Part shown: in pieces, positions 16,028 through 25,279 of the stretch
Layout of the letters: the number at the start of each line of letters is the position of its first letter
How positions within the stretch are numbered: position 1 is the stretch's first letter
NCBI GenBank assembly: GCA_017450465.1
Contig: JAFSUW010000022.1
Coordinates: 30,410 to 62,409, forward strand
DNA from: Clostridia bacterium
Lineage (GTDB): Bacteria > Bacillota > Clostridia > TANB77 > RGIG9151
Reading direction: 5' to 3'
DNA length: 32,000 nt
Translations under genes and position numbers: made by a program
Notes under the pieces: generated by a model
Seen by the model: only the letters and a program-made list of their open reading frames with translations
Databases searched by the model: none
What the model was told of the DNA's origin: nothing

Positions 16028-17266
16028 TTACGATTTATATAGCATCTTTTTAGTATTTACCTTACTTGCATTTAATATAACACTGTCATATAAATATAGT
16101 CTATCGCCATCAGTGCCTTGAATTATAGCATAATCTCCAAATTCATCAACTATATCTACTTTTCTTTCAACTATATAATTTCGACCTACCATTATATACA
16201 CAACATTTCCTTCATCGGTTTTTACTATTGCATTACTTGGTACTTTGTATCCTTCTGTAGTCTTCCATATAACATCTACTTTTACTTTTCTATAATTAAG
16301 TAAGGATTCTATAGCACGATTTATTCTTATCGTTATTACCGAATTACCTTCTTTATCACGGTTTATATAATCTATTCTTCCTGGTATAATCAAACTATTA
16401 TCTATCTCTGGAAAACGAATATTTACCTTTTGGTCAACATCGGCATTCGATGCACGTTCAGAATTTAAGCTAACTGTAACATAGCCCTCAATATTATCTA
16501 CAATCTTCAAACTATTTTCTTTTAATGTTCCTACTAATTCGCCTTTAGATATATTAAGTTCTTCTAAATTTTTCGCATTATAAGTTGATATAGCATCTTC
16601 GGTAAGTATGTTTTCGTAGCCATCAAGCCGGTAAACTACTGTCCCCGCAATAGGTGCAATTATTTCTGACTGCACATTATTAAGCTCAGCTTCATATTTC
16701 TCAAGCTGTGCTATATAATTTTGTTCAACAGAACCTATAGGGCTCTCGCTTCCGATAATTTTTGCTTTCTTTTGCATTTTTGAATCTATTGTTCTTTTAT
16801 AATTACTTGCATCTGAGAAAAATTTATAATAATCATCTTTTATTATTTTGGATAGAATTGTTGAAATTTCTCCGTCCAAAACTTTTATATCATTATTAAA
16901 TAAACTTGGCACTTTTAAACTATCTATCTGTTCATTGAGTTCGTATATTTTTTTCTCGACTTCTTTTACCTGTTCATTTTTGACTACTGCGACAACTTGT
17001 CCTTTCGAAACGCGTTCACCAGAATTTACTTGTGGATATAAAACTCCTTTTACATCTGATGATACTACTTTTTCGCTTCTAGTAATTATCCCGTAGCCCT
17101 CATCTAATTCTTCTATTTCACCTGAAGTAAGAATAATAGTCTCAACATTCTGAGCAAAGAAAGTATGTATAAACATAATAAAATAAGCTAAAACTAAAAG
17201 GGCTATCACAGCATTTTTTATGCTAATACCTTTTTTAGTTTTAACGTCACTCGAATTATTTGACAT
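16028..17266 (-). CDS. HlyD-like (membrane-fusion/biotin-lipoyl fold) membrane-anchored protein, no partner transporter nearby
   Basis: 412 aa. One N-terminal TM helix. Lipoyl-like halves (GVLYPQVNSGERVSKGQVVAVV ... IIAPIAGTVVYRL) separated by a coiled-coil, then C-terminal beta-rich domains. Confidence 0.6.
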   Translation of the reverse strand: MSNNSSDVKTKKGISIKNAVIALLVLAYFIMFIHTFFAQNVETIILTSGEIEELDEGYGIITRSEKVVSSDVKGVLYPQVNSGERVSKGQVVAVVKNEQVKEVEKKIYELNEQIDSLKVPSLFNNDIKVLDGEISTILSKIIKDDYYKFFSDASNYKRTIDSKMQKKAKIIGSESPIGSVEQNYIAQLEKYEAELNNVQSEIIAPIAGTVVYRLDGYENILTEDAISTYNAKNLEELNISKGELVGTLKENSLKIVDNIEGYVTVSLNSERASNADVDQKVNIRFPEIDNSLIIPGRIDYINRDKEGNSVITIRINRAIESLLNYRKVKVDVIWKTTEGYKVPSNAIVKTDEGNVVYIMVGRNYIVERKVDIVDEFGDYAIIQGTDGDRLYLYDSVILNASKVNTKKMLYKS

Positions 17267-17289
17267 TTTTCCTCCACAACTAAAAAAAT

Positions 17290-17544
17290 TTATACAAAAC
17301 TAATTGGTTGCTCTTCTGTTCCAAGCATTTTATTTACAGGTTTTGTTGGATTTATTGTTGATATAGCATGTTTATAAAGAAGTGTTTGTTTCCCTTCTGA
17401 TTCGATTAATACTACAAAACTGTCAAACCCTTTTACAATACCTTTGCATTGAAATCCATTAGTTAAATAAACATTTACAACAACTTTTTCCTTTCGTACT
17501 TGATTTAAAAATAGATCCTGCAAATTTCCCGTGTTTTGTGCCAT
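17290..17544 (-). CDS. hfq: RNA chaperone Hfq
   Basis: 84 aa with Sm motifs ([55 protein letters not shown]). Immediately downstream of miaA, the conserved arrangement. Confidence 0.95.
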   Translation of the reverse strand: MAQNTGNLQDLFLNQVRKEKVVVNVYLTNGFQCKGIVKGFDSFVVLIESEGKQTLLYKHAISTINPTKPVNKMLGTEEQPISFV

Positions 17545-17594
17545 TTTTATTCCTCCTTTGTTTACTTATACTACTGCAATAACTAAATATATTC

Positions 17595-18518
17595 TTAAAG
17601 TTCTAAGAATATTCTTAAAACTTTATTTACATTATCATTAAAGTCATCTTTAATATCTAGCAAAACAATATCTTGATTTCGCCTAAACCATGTAAGCTGA
17701 CGTTTCGCATAATGTCTTGTTTCTTGCTTTATCTTATCTTTTGCTTCTTCTAATGGTATTTCACCATCAAAATATTTTTTTAATTCTTTATAACCTATTG
17801 CTTGATATGAAGTATGAAGTGCATCTGCTTTTTTTATTATTTTACTTGCCTCTTCTAGCAAACCCTCTTCAAACATTTTGTCTACACGCCTGTTAATTCT
17901 GTCATATATAGTTTCTCTGTCAGTTGTAAGACCTATTACTACATAATCATACTTTTTATCAGGCATTTTAGACATTTCTTGTTGCTTGGTTATGCTATTG
18001 TTAGAAAATTCATATACTTCAAGCGCACGGATTATTCTTTTTAAGTCGTTAATATGTATTCTTTCACACGCCTTAGGGTCTTTTTGTTTTAAGTCATTAT
18101 ATAGTACTTCATTACCCTTCGCCTTCGCTATTTCTAACAGCTTATTTCTATATTCTTCAGAAGGGTTAGTATCAAAATAATTAATTTCTTCAACAATACT
18201 ATTAATATATAGTCCTGTCCCACCAACAACTATTGGTACCTTACCACGCGAAATTATATCATCTATACATTTGCGTGCTTTTTCTACATAGTCTGCTACA
18301 CTAAAACTTTCGCCTACTTCAACTATGTCAATCATGTGATGAACTGCTGCGCTTAGTTCTTCATTATCTGGCTTTGCTGTTCCTATGTCCATTTCTTTAT
18401 AAATTTGCATTGAATCAGCAGACACTATTTCGCCATCTAAACGTTTTGCAAGTTCTATTCCTAATTTTGTTTTTCCTGTTCCGGTAGGTCCAGTAATGAC
18501 TAAAACTTTTTTCTTCAT
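17595..18518 (-). CDS. miaA: tRNA dimethylallyltransferase
   Basis: 307 aa. P-loop GPTGTGKT, DSMQIYKEMDIGTAKP, GGTGLY, and YAKRQLTWFR motifs. Confidence 0.95.
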   Translation of the reverse strand: MKKKVLVITGPTGTGKTKLGIELAKRLDGEIVSADSMQIYKEMDIGTAKPDNEELSAAVHHMIDIVEVGESFSVADYVEKARKCIDDIISRGKVPIVVGGTGLYINSIVEEINYFDTNPSEEYRNKLLEIAKAKGNEVLYNDLKQKDPKACERIHINDLKRIIRALEVYEFSNNSITKQQEMSKMPDKKYDYVVIGLTTDRETIYDRINRRVDKMFEEGLLEEASKIIKKADALHTSYQAIGYKELKKYFDGEIPLEEAKDKIKQETRHYAKRQLTWFRRNQDIVLLDIKDDFNDNVNKVLRIFLEL

Positions 18519-18574
18519 ACCCTACTCCTTTATCGGCAAATTTTATTATTTTGTTTAGTATATTATTCCAATTG

Positions 18575-18626
18575 AAAAAATATGGCCGATGTTAACTATC
18601 AGTTTCAATAGACTTGGCATCGGCCA
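18575..18626 (-). terminator. Intrinsic terminator after the CBS-domain gene
   Basis: Sense: UGGCCGAUG-26 nt loop with a short inner stem-CAUCGGCCA followed by UAUUUUUUC. Confidence 0.55.
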
Positions 18627-18633
18627 CTACAAA

Positions 18634-19062
18634 TTATTTTTCATCATGACATTCGCAAATGTCAGCCAAACATTCTGATACTTCTATATCAAAATCAGAA
18701 TCAAAAGCAATATCACCTAACGACACTATTCCTACTAATGCATCATTTTCTACTATTGGTAATCTTCTTACTTGCCACTCTGACATTATATCGCACGCTT
18801 CATATACAGTCATATTAGGCGTACCTGTTTTTATAACAGAACTCATTACATCTTTGGCATAGGTGTTTTCAGGACTTTTCCCTGTTGCAACATTTCTAAT
18901 TACTATGTCTCTATCTGTTACCATTCCAAGTAAATGCTTATCTCCGTTACATACCGGCACAACACCTATATCATATTTTTGCATTATCTCAGCAGTCTTT
19001 ACTAAATCTGTCTCAGGTGTTACCCATTTTAAGTCTGTGTTCATTATTTCTTTTAATTTCAT
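18634..19062 (-). CDS. CBS domain pair protein
   Basis: 142 aa with two CBS repeats (..GVVPVCNGDKHLLGMVTDRDIV.. and ..RRLPIVENDALVGIVSLGDIA). Cys/His-rich C-terminal tail (ECLADICECHDEK). Confidence 0.8.
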   Translation of the reverse strand: MKLKEIMNTDLKWVTPETDLVKTAEIMQKYDIGVVPVCNGDKHLLGMVTDRDIVIRNVATGKSPENTYAKDVMSSVIKTGTPNMTVYEACDIMSEWQVRRLPIVENDALVGIVSLGDIAFDSDFDIEVSECLADICECHDEK

Positions 19063-19110
19063 TTCAAAAAACTCCCTTCTTTTACATATGGGAGTATTTT
19101 GTCTCGTTTT

Positions 19111-19539
19111 TTAAAAATTATTCAAAAGAAATGCCAATGCAATTCCCCAAATTGCTCCTACTAAAACTTCAAATGGGGTATGTCCTAAAAGCTCTTTTAA
19201 TTTTTCGTTTGTATCAACTTGAACTTGATTTGAATATATTAATTGATTCAATATACCAGCTTGCTTTCCAGCAGCACGTCTTACACCTGCCGCATCATAC
19301 ATTACAATTATCCCAAATACAAATGATATCACAAAATATGGTGAATCTATACCATAATTAAGTGCTATTAAAGTCATAAGACTCGTTACAACAGCAGAGT
19401 GTGAACTTGGCATACCACCTGTTTCAACTAACCTTTTAAAATTAAATTTCCTATGTATTATTGCATCTGCTAAAAATTTGAATACTTGCACACTAAACCA
19501 TGCAATTATTACAGTGTATAGCAAAATATACTTTTTCAT
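19111..19539 (-). CDS. Divergent PAP2 / DUF212 family membrane protein (YuiD-like)
   Basis: 142 aa, 3-4 TM helices. GGMPSSHSA motif typical of the acid-phosphatase-related DUF212 family. Its start codon abuts the ispA stop (shared coordinate 19539). Confidence 0.7.
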   Translation of the reverse strand: MKKYILLYTVIIAWFSVQVFKFLADAIIHRKFNFKRLVETGGMPSSHSAVVTSLMTLIALNYGIDSPYFVISFVFGIIVMYDAAGVRRAAGKQAGILNQLIYSNQVQVDTNEKLKELLGHTPFEVLVGAIWGIALAFLLNNF

Positions 19540-20417
19540 TAATTGTCCCTCTCTTTTATAAATAGTGCTAACTCTTTAAAAAATTGCACATTTTTATCTA
19601 ACGTTTCTATAACTTTTATTGCTTCTTTAGTTCCGATATCTAATTCTTCTTTTGCCTTATGTATTCCAAGTACTGTTACAAATGTACATTTACCACGAAG
19701 TTTATCATTTCCAATAGGTTTACCGAGTATTTTTTCGTCACCTATTTCTGATAAAATATCATCTTTTATTTGAAAGTTTACACCTATTTTGTCGGCATAG
19801 TTTATTAAAATCTTTAATTCATTTTCACTTGCACCTGCTAACACTGCACCCATCAATAATGATGCCTTAATTAATGCTCCTGTCTTATTTTCGTGCATTA
19901 TGTGTAGTTCATCTAAGTTAATTTTTTTACCCTCGAATGAAATATCTATAAATTCACCTTTAATCATATCTCCAACAGCTGTTGCAAATATATTAAATGC
20001 TTTTGCTTTATTCTCTGTATTGTTCCCTTTTACAAGCTCTTCACTTACGATTTGATATGCATAGTTTTGTAAAGCATCGCCTGCCAAAATTGCAGTATTT
20101 TCTCCAAACACTTTGTGGTTTGTTGGCTTTCCACGACGCAAATCATCGTTATCTATTGCTGGCAAATCATCATGGATTAATGAAAAAGTGTGTACCATTT
20201 CCATAGCACAAGCAAAAGGCACTGCTTCTAAATAATTTGGCTTAAATAAACGATATCCTTCTAAAATAAGTGCTGGTCTTAAACGTTTCCCACCGGCCAT
20301 TAAACTATATTTCATGGCCTTTTTCAATTCTTCATCGTAATCTTTGTTTACTTCAATATACTTATCTAGTGCTTCATTAATTACATTAGTGTATTCTCCA
20401 AGTCTTTCTTTTAACAT
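19539..20417 (-). CDS. ispA: Farnesyl/geranylgeranyl diphosphate synthase (polyprenyl synthetase)
   Basis: First aspartate-rich motif LIHDDLPAIDNDDLRRGKPT and second motif FQIKDDILS. 292 aa. Located after xseB as in many Firmicutes. Confidence 0.9.
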   Translation of the reverse strand: MLKERLGEYTNVINEALDKYIEVNKDYDEELKKAMKYSLMAGGKRLRPALILEGYRLFKPNYLEAVPFACAMEMVHTFSLIHDDLPAIDNDDLRRGKPTNHKVFGENTAILAGDALQNYAYQIVSEELVKGNNTENKAKAFNIFATAVGDMIKGEFIDISFEGKKINLDELHIMHENKTGALIKASLLMGAVLAGASENELKILINYADKIGVNFQIKDDILSEIGDEKILGKPIGNDKLRGKCTFVTVLGIHKAKEELDIGTKEAIKVIETLDKNVQFFKELALFIKERDN

Positions 20418-20432
20418 AGCTATCTTCCTTTC

Positions 20433-20657
20433 TTAAACCCCTTCTATTTTTAGTTGTGTTTCTTCTACTACTCCATCTTTTTCAGTAAGTTCTACTATTT
20501 TCTTTTCTGCTTTTTCTAATTTACTATTACATTCACCTACAAGTTGCATTCCGATTTCAAACAAATTCATGCTTTCTTCTAACGTTTCTGTTCCATTCTC
20601 TAGTTTATTTATTATTGTTTCTAATTCTTTTATCGATTCTTCATATGTCTTTTCCAT
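20433..20657 (-). CDS. xseB: Exodeoxyribonuclease VII small subunit
   Basis: Sequence MEKTYEESIKELETIINKLENG..LEESMNLFEIGMQL is typical of XseB. I place the start at the internal ATG (20657), which has GGGGAGG 8 nt upstream, rather than the track start (20690), which would overlap xseA. Confidence 0.85.
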   Translation of the reverse strand: MEKTYEESIKELETIINKLENGTETLEESMNLFEIGMQLVGECNSKLEKAEKKIVELTEKDGVVEETQLKIEGV

Positions 20658-20673
20658 TTCTTTTACCTCCCCT

Positions 20674-21867
20674 TTACGGGCGAATTGCATTTACAGTAGC
20701 ACTTATTTCACCCTGCTTTAGTTTTACGTTTATCGTATCTCCCGCATTTACACTATTTGCATCTGTAATAATTATATTATCACTTTTTACTATTGCATAG
20801 CCACGAGTTAAAGTTTTTAGCGGACTTAATACATCAAGTTTTGCAATTTTTTCATTAAAAATTTTGTGTCTATCATTCACCAATTTATTTATATTGTTTA
20901 CAAGATTTTTTTGATAAATGTCCAGTTCATAACTTCTTTTATTGATAATTTCAAGTGGCCTTTTTAGTATATATGAATTTGTAAGTGCCACTAAATGTTT
21001 TTTACGAACATTCAGTGCAGAAAACAACAATACTCTTAAGTTATTTTTATATGTATCTAATTTATATTGAAGTTCTTCTCTATCTGGGAAAACCAGTTCT
21101 GCAGCTGCTGATGGTGTTGGTGCTCTTAAATCTGCCACAAAATCTGCTATTGTAAAATCTGTCTGATGACCTACCGCAGATACAACAGGAATTTTTGAAT
21201 TATATATCGCATATGCGACTTCTTCTCTGTTAAAGTTCCATAAATCTTCTATTGAACCGCCACCACGCCCGATTATTATTACATCGGCCACATTTTTATT
21301 ATTTACAAATTCTATTGCTTTTACCAATTCTTTATATGCCTCTTCGCCTTGCACAGAGGCGGGTACAAGTTTTATACAAGCATTTGGAAAACGCCTTAAT
21401 GATACATTTATTATATCTCGTAATACTGCACCAGTTTTAGATGTAATAACTGCAACACTTTTTGGAAGTATCGGAAGTGGCTTTTTATGTGCCTCATTAA
21501 ATAAGCCCTCTTTTTCTAGTTTTTCTTTTAACTTTTCATACGCCACATATAAATCTCCAACACCATCTAAAACTACTGTGTCGCAGTAAAGTTGATACTG
21601 CCCATCGCGTTCATATGCTGAAACATAGCCCGATATAATAACTTTCATTCCGTCTTCTAATTTTACCTTTAGTCCCATCGCATTAGTCTTAAACATAACG
21701 CATTTTATTACGGATTCTTCATCTTTTAATGAAAAATACAAGTGCCCCGATGAATGATTTTTAAAATTAGAAATTTCACCCTTAACCATTATGTTTGAAA
21801 GGATGAAATCGTTTGAAAGTAATTTTTTTATATATTTATTGACTTCAGTTACTGTATATGTATTAAT
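20674..21867 (-). CDS. xseA: Exodeoxyribonuclease VII large subunit (N-terminally extended relative to the ORF track; probable ATT start)
   Basis: The track ORF starts at MVKGEISNF, inside the conserved OB-fold. The in-frame upstream sequence has no stop and reads NTYTVTEVNKYIKKLLSNDFILSNI, a canonical XseA N-terminus. ATT at 21865-21867 sits 7 nt after GGGAGGG. There is no in-frame ATG/GTG/TTG between the nusB stop and 21789. Confidence 0.75.
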   Translation of the reverse strand: MNTYTVTEVNKYIKKLLSNDFILSNIMVKGEISNFKNHSSGHLYFSLKDEESVIKCVMFKTNAMGLKVKLEDGMKVIISGYVSAYERDGQYQLYCDTVVLDGVGDLYVAYEKLKEKLEKEGLFNEAHKKPLPILPKSVAVITSKTGAVLRDIINVSLRRFPNACIKLVPASVQGEEAYKELVKAIEFVNNKNVADVIIIGRGGGSIEDLWNFNREEVAYAIYNSKIPVVSAVGHQTDFTIADFVADLRAPTPSAAAELVFPDREELQYKLDTYKNNLRVLLFSALNVRKKHLVALTNSYILKRPLEIINKRSYELDIYQKNLVNNINKLVNDRHKIFNEKIAKLDVLSPLKTLTRGYAIVKSDNIIITDANSVNAGDTINVKLKQGEISATVNAIRP

Positions 21868-21879
21868 ATTTAGCCCTCC

Positions 21880-22275
21880 CTAAACTTCGACTTGTCCTAA
21901 AATTCCATTTATAAACCTACTAGAATCATTGGTCCCAAATTTTTTACCAAGTTCAACTGCTTCATTAATACTAACTCCAACAGGGATATCTTCACGATGT
22001 TTCATTTCGTAAATGGCTACTCTAAGTATTGCTAAATCTATTTTAGCTATACGTTCTAGTTTCCAACCTATTGCTTTATTGCTTATTATTTCATCAATTT
22101 CTTTTTGAGAATTTATAACTCCATTAATTATTTCATAAAAATAATCTTTATCAAAATTTTCTTCACCTAAAGAATCTAGAAAATCTTCAACTTGCTCTTT
22201 AATAGATTCTCTTTGAAATTCAATCTGGAATAAAAATTCTACCGCCATTTCTCTTGCTAATTTTCTACTACTCAC
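21880..22275 (-). CDS. nusB: Transcription antitermination factor NusB
   Basis: 131 aa. MSSRKLAREMAVEFLFQ... and INEAVELGKKFG....RFINGILG are typical NusB motifs. Follows asp23 as in other Firmicutes. Confidence 0.9.
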   Translation of the reverse strand: MSSRKLAREMAVEFLFQIEFQRESIKEQVEDFLDSLGEENFDKDYFYEIINGVINSQKEIDEIISNKAIGWKLERIAKIDLAILRVAIYEMKHREDIPVGVSINEAVELGKKFGTNDSSRFINGILGQVEV

Positions 22276-22280
22276 CTTGT

Positions 22281-22634
22281 CTACCCCTCTTTATCAGTTT
22301 TTGCTTCTTTTTTATCATAATTAATGCCTTGTATATGAACATTTACTGTTGTTACTATCATTCCTGTCATATTTTCAAGTTCTTTTTTTACTCTATCTTG
22401 AATTTCCCATGCTATATCAGGTATTTTAGTACCATAATCAACCGTAACATAAACATCTAGCATAATTTCTTTGCCTGATATATCTACTTTTATTCCTGGG
22501 GCACCTTTCTTACCTAAAAAGTTACCCATTATTCCACCATTTAGTGCATGTACTCCGCTAACAGAAAGGATTACACGCTCTGCCATAGTTGATATTACTT
22601 CTTCAGAAATGCTTAAGTTTATGTTTTCTTCCAT
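22281..22634 (-). CDS. Asp23/Gls24 family envelope stress protein
   Basis: 117 aa. ISEEVISTMAERVILSVSGV ... KIPDIAWEIQDRVKKELENMTG is typical of Asp23. Confidence 0.85.
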   Translation of the reverse strand: MEENINLSISEEVISTMAERVILSVSGVHALNGGIMGNFLGKKGAPGIKVDISGKEIMLDVYVTVDYGTKIPDIAWEIQDRVKKELENMTGMIVTTVNVHIQGINYDKKEAKTDKEG

Positions 22635-22772
22635 AATTTTTTACCTCCAAAAACATTTTCCTGTGTTATTTTACCATAATTTTGCCATTTTGTACATATT
22701 TTTATGAGAAATTTAATAGCAAAATGAATTATAGCTTGTACAAAAAAATATGCGATACTATTCGCACATTTT

Positions 22773-23375
22773 TTATTTTTCTGGTTCTAACGAATCTTTA
22801 GTCTTCTCTTTCTTAATATTAGCCGATTTTTCTTTTTGCATTGCTATTATTTGTGATTGATATTTACTATATATTGCATCTCTTTCAAATTTTAATTCTA
22901 ATTTTTTATGCTCTAGTTCATTAATTTTTTTATGTTCTTGTTCACTAATTTTTCTATAAATTTCATTAAAATCATTATTACCAAACATTAAATAATCTTC
23001 TTTGATTTGAATGCCTGTTTCTCTCGTTATCTCTTCTTTAATCTTTCGAAAGGCTTCTAAAAGGCTATCATGCTCTTCTACGAGCGAATCTATTTTTCTT
23101 TCATAATAATCTTCTTCGTCATCATCAACTAATCCCTCGTGAATTCTCATAATATAACCATCTATAGCATCTGACTTTATTATTAATTCTCTCAAAAGAT
23201 CTCTCATTTCTTCTATTAAATCTTCTATTCCCCTATATTCACTTTCTATTTCTTTAATTCTAAAAGAAATTTCTTCTATATCACTACTCAATTCCTCATA
23301 TCTATCCCAAGCTTCCGAATATTTAAAATATTCAATACTAATTTCTCCTGGCTCCTCATCTTTAATTAAATCCAT
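22773..23375 (-). CDS. Hypothetical highly acidic coiled-coil protein
   Basis: 200 aa, E/D/I/K-rich with heptad-like stretches. GGAGAG RBS-like sequence upstream. No family recognised. Confidence 0.4.
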   Translation of the reverse strand: MDLIKDEEPGEISIEYFKYSEAWDRYEELSSDIEEISFRIKEIESEYRGIEDLIEEMRDLLRELIIKSDAIDGYIMRIHEGLVDDDEEDYYERKIDSLVEEHDSLLEAFRKIKEEITRETGIQIKEDYLMFGNNDFNEIYRKISEQEHKKINELEHKKLELKFERDAIYSKYQSQIIAMQKEKSANIKKEKTKDSLEPEK

Positions 23376-23397
23376 ATCAATCTCTCCTTACTAATTA

Positions 23398-23432
23398 ACA
23401 AAAAAGCATAAGAGTATTTCTACACTTATGCT
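23398..23432 (-). terminator. Intrinsic terminator after the histidine kinase gene
   Basis: Sense: AGCAUAAG-uguagaaauacu-CUUAUGCU followed by UUUUUG. Confidence 0.75.
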
Positions 23433-23505
23433 TAATTCTAAACATTTATTTACCTTTATGTGTGACAAAATAAATTATACCATTATTTACATAACATGCC
23501 AACAA

Positions 23506-25278
23506 CTATACTAACGCTGGTTCACCAGCAAGCAATGTAATCGTAACTTCTGTCCAATAGCCATATTCACTATCTATTGAAATGGTTCCACCATTAGCTT
23601 CTATCATGTTTTTTGAAATAGAAAGGCCAAGTCCTGTACCACCCATTTCACGAGTGCGTGCCTTATCCACACGATAAAAACGCTCGAATATTCTTGATAA
23701 ATCTTCTTTTGGTATACCTATTCCATTATCCTTGATTTTTATTACTGTATTTTCATCATTTGCTTCAATCTTTACTTTTATATTACCACCTTCAGGAGTA
23801 TATCTTATTGAATTCGTTATTATATTTATTATAACTTGCTCTATTTGTGAATAATCTGCAAAAGCCAAAACATTTTCATTACTTTCAACATCTACAGTTT
23901 GGTTCTTTTTCTGAAGTTCCAACGAAAGTTTAGCTACAACATCGTCTACTATCTTTCTTAAATCAATATTCTCTTTATTTACAGTAATTTCATTTGAATC
24001 CATTTTAGAAAGTTTTAGTAAATCGCTAACAATTCTAGACATTCTCTCCGCTTCTGAATTGATTACGCTTAAAAATCTTTCTTTTGTTTCTTTATCTACA
24101 TCATTTTCCAGCAAAGTTTCTGAATAACCTTTTATAGAAGTTATTGGTGTCTTTAATTCGTGTGATACATTTGCTACGAAATCTTTTCTCATGTTCTCGA
24201 GTTTTTCTTGTTTCGTTATATCCTGAATAACACAAATTATCCCTTCGTTATTACCCTTTTCATCTTTAAACTTTGCAAAAAATAGTTTTAAGTATTTATC
24301 ATTTACTACCATATCTTTTTCAGTAATGGTATCGCCTTGAGTATTAATTACATCTTCAAAGCTTACATCGTTTATACTTTTAAATACATCATCATATACC
24401 TTTGCTTCTTCGTTAAAATTCAATAGTTTATACGCACACGAATTTGCGTGAATTAAATTTTTGTTTATATCAAACGCAATTACTCCGTCATTCATGTTTT
24501 GAAGTAACGTTTCTATTTTGTTTTTCTCTCGCGATATTTCACTTAACGTGCTATCTAGTTTTACCGCCATATAATTAAATCTATCCGCAAGCTGCGATAT
24601 TTCATCGCCAGATTTTAGCATTTTTATTGGTGTAAAATCTCCTTCCGCCATCTTTTCTGCACGAGATTTTAATTTATAAATTGGCACAGTAATAGCACGT
24701 GACAATAAATAACTGATAAACACTGAAATTATAAGCGTTACACACACTGTCCAGATAATAATTCTTTTTAATGAACTTATTACACTATCAATTGTTGAAC
24801 GATCTTGCGTTAAATAAAATATGTATTTAATTTTGCCATCTACCATAACTGGTTTTGCAAAATCAAAGTAGCTATCTTTATTAATTTCGTAACTTGTTTT
24901 TCCTCCCATTGCCACCATTATGTTTTGAGTCATTACAACACTTGTATTTTCTAATACATCAGTATTTTTAGATATTAAAACGTTTCCTGTTGGATCTAAT
25001 AGATATGCATTTCTTACGTTATCATCAACTTGGAAATAAACTTTAAATGCTTTATATAGTTCTAACGAATAGTCCGTTTCAGACGATATAATGTTTTCCG
25101 ACAAAACATCTGCATTTTCTAAATTCGTGTTCCACGTTTCTATGTCCGCACAGAATTCTTTATAATATGTATCTTCTATCGAATAAATCATAAATGTACC
25201 AATTATAATCATAAGTATTATAACCAGCAAAAACAAAATCATCATAAGACGCCAATGAAGAGTTTTAAAAAATTTCAA
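23506..25278 (-). CDS. Sensor histidine kinase (2 TM, extracytoplasmic loop, HAMP, PAS, HisKA, HATPase_c); no cognate response regulator adjacent
   Basis: H-box SHELKTPITSIKGY, N-box NIITNSIRYTPEGG, G1 IKDNGIGI, G2 GGTGLGLSI. HAMP-like segment after TM2 and a PAS-like segment (LLQNMNDGVIAFD). Confidence 0.9.
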   Translation of the reverse strand: MKFFKTLHWRLMMILFLLVIILMIIIGTFMIYSIEDTYYKEFCADIETWNTNLENADVLSENIISSETDYSLELYKAFKVYFQVDDNVRNAYLLDPTGNVLISKNTDVLENTSVVMTQNIMVAMGGKTSYEINKDSYFDFAKPVMVDGKIKYIFYLTQDRSTIDSVISSLKRIIIWTVCVTLIISVFISYLLSRAITVPIYKLKSRAEKMAEGDFTPIKMLKSGDEISQLADRFNYMAVKLDSTLSEISREKNKIETLLQNMNDGVIAFDINKNLIHANSCAYKLLNFNEEAKVYDDVFKSINDVSFEDVINTQGDTITEKDMVVNDKYLKLFFAKFKDEKGNNEGIICVIQDITKQEKLENMRKDFVANVSHELKTPITSIKGYSETLLENDVDKETKERFLSVINSEAERMSRIVSDLLKLSKMDSNEITVNKENIDLRKIVDDVVAKLSLELQKKNQTVDVESNENVLAFADYSQIEQVIINIITNSIRYTPEGGNIKVKIEANDENTVIKIKDNGIGIPKEDLSRIFERFYRVDKARTREMGGTGLGLSISKNMIEANGGTISIDSEYGYWTEVTITLLAGEPALV

Positions 25279-25279
25279 A

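Noticed and set aside
19539-19541. Room for an OLE RNA gene between ispA and the next gene
   Set aside because: The ispA stop and the DUF212 start share coordinate 19539, so there is no intergenic space.
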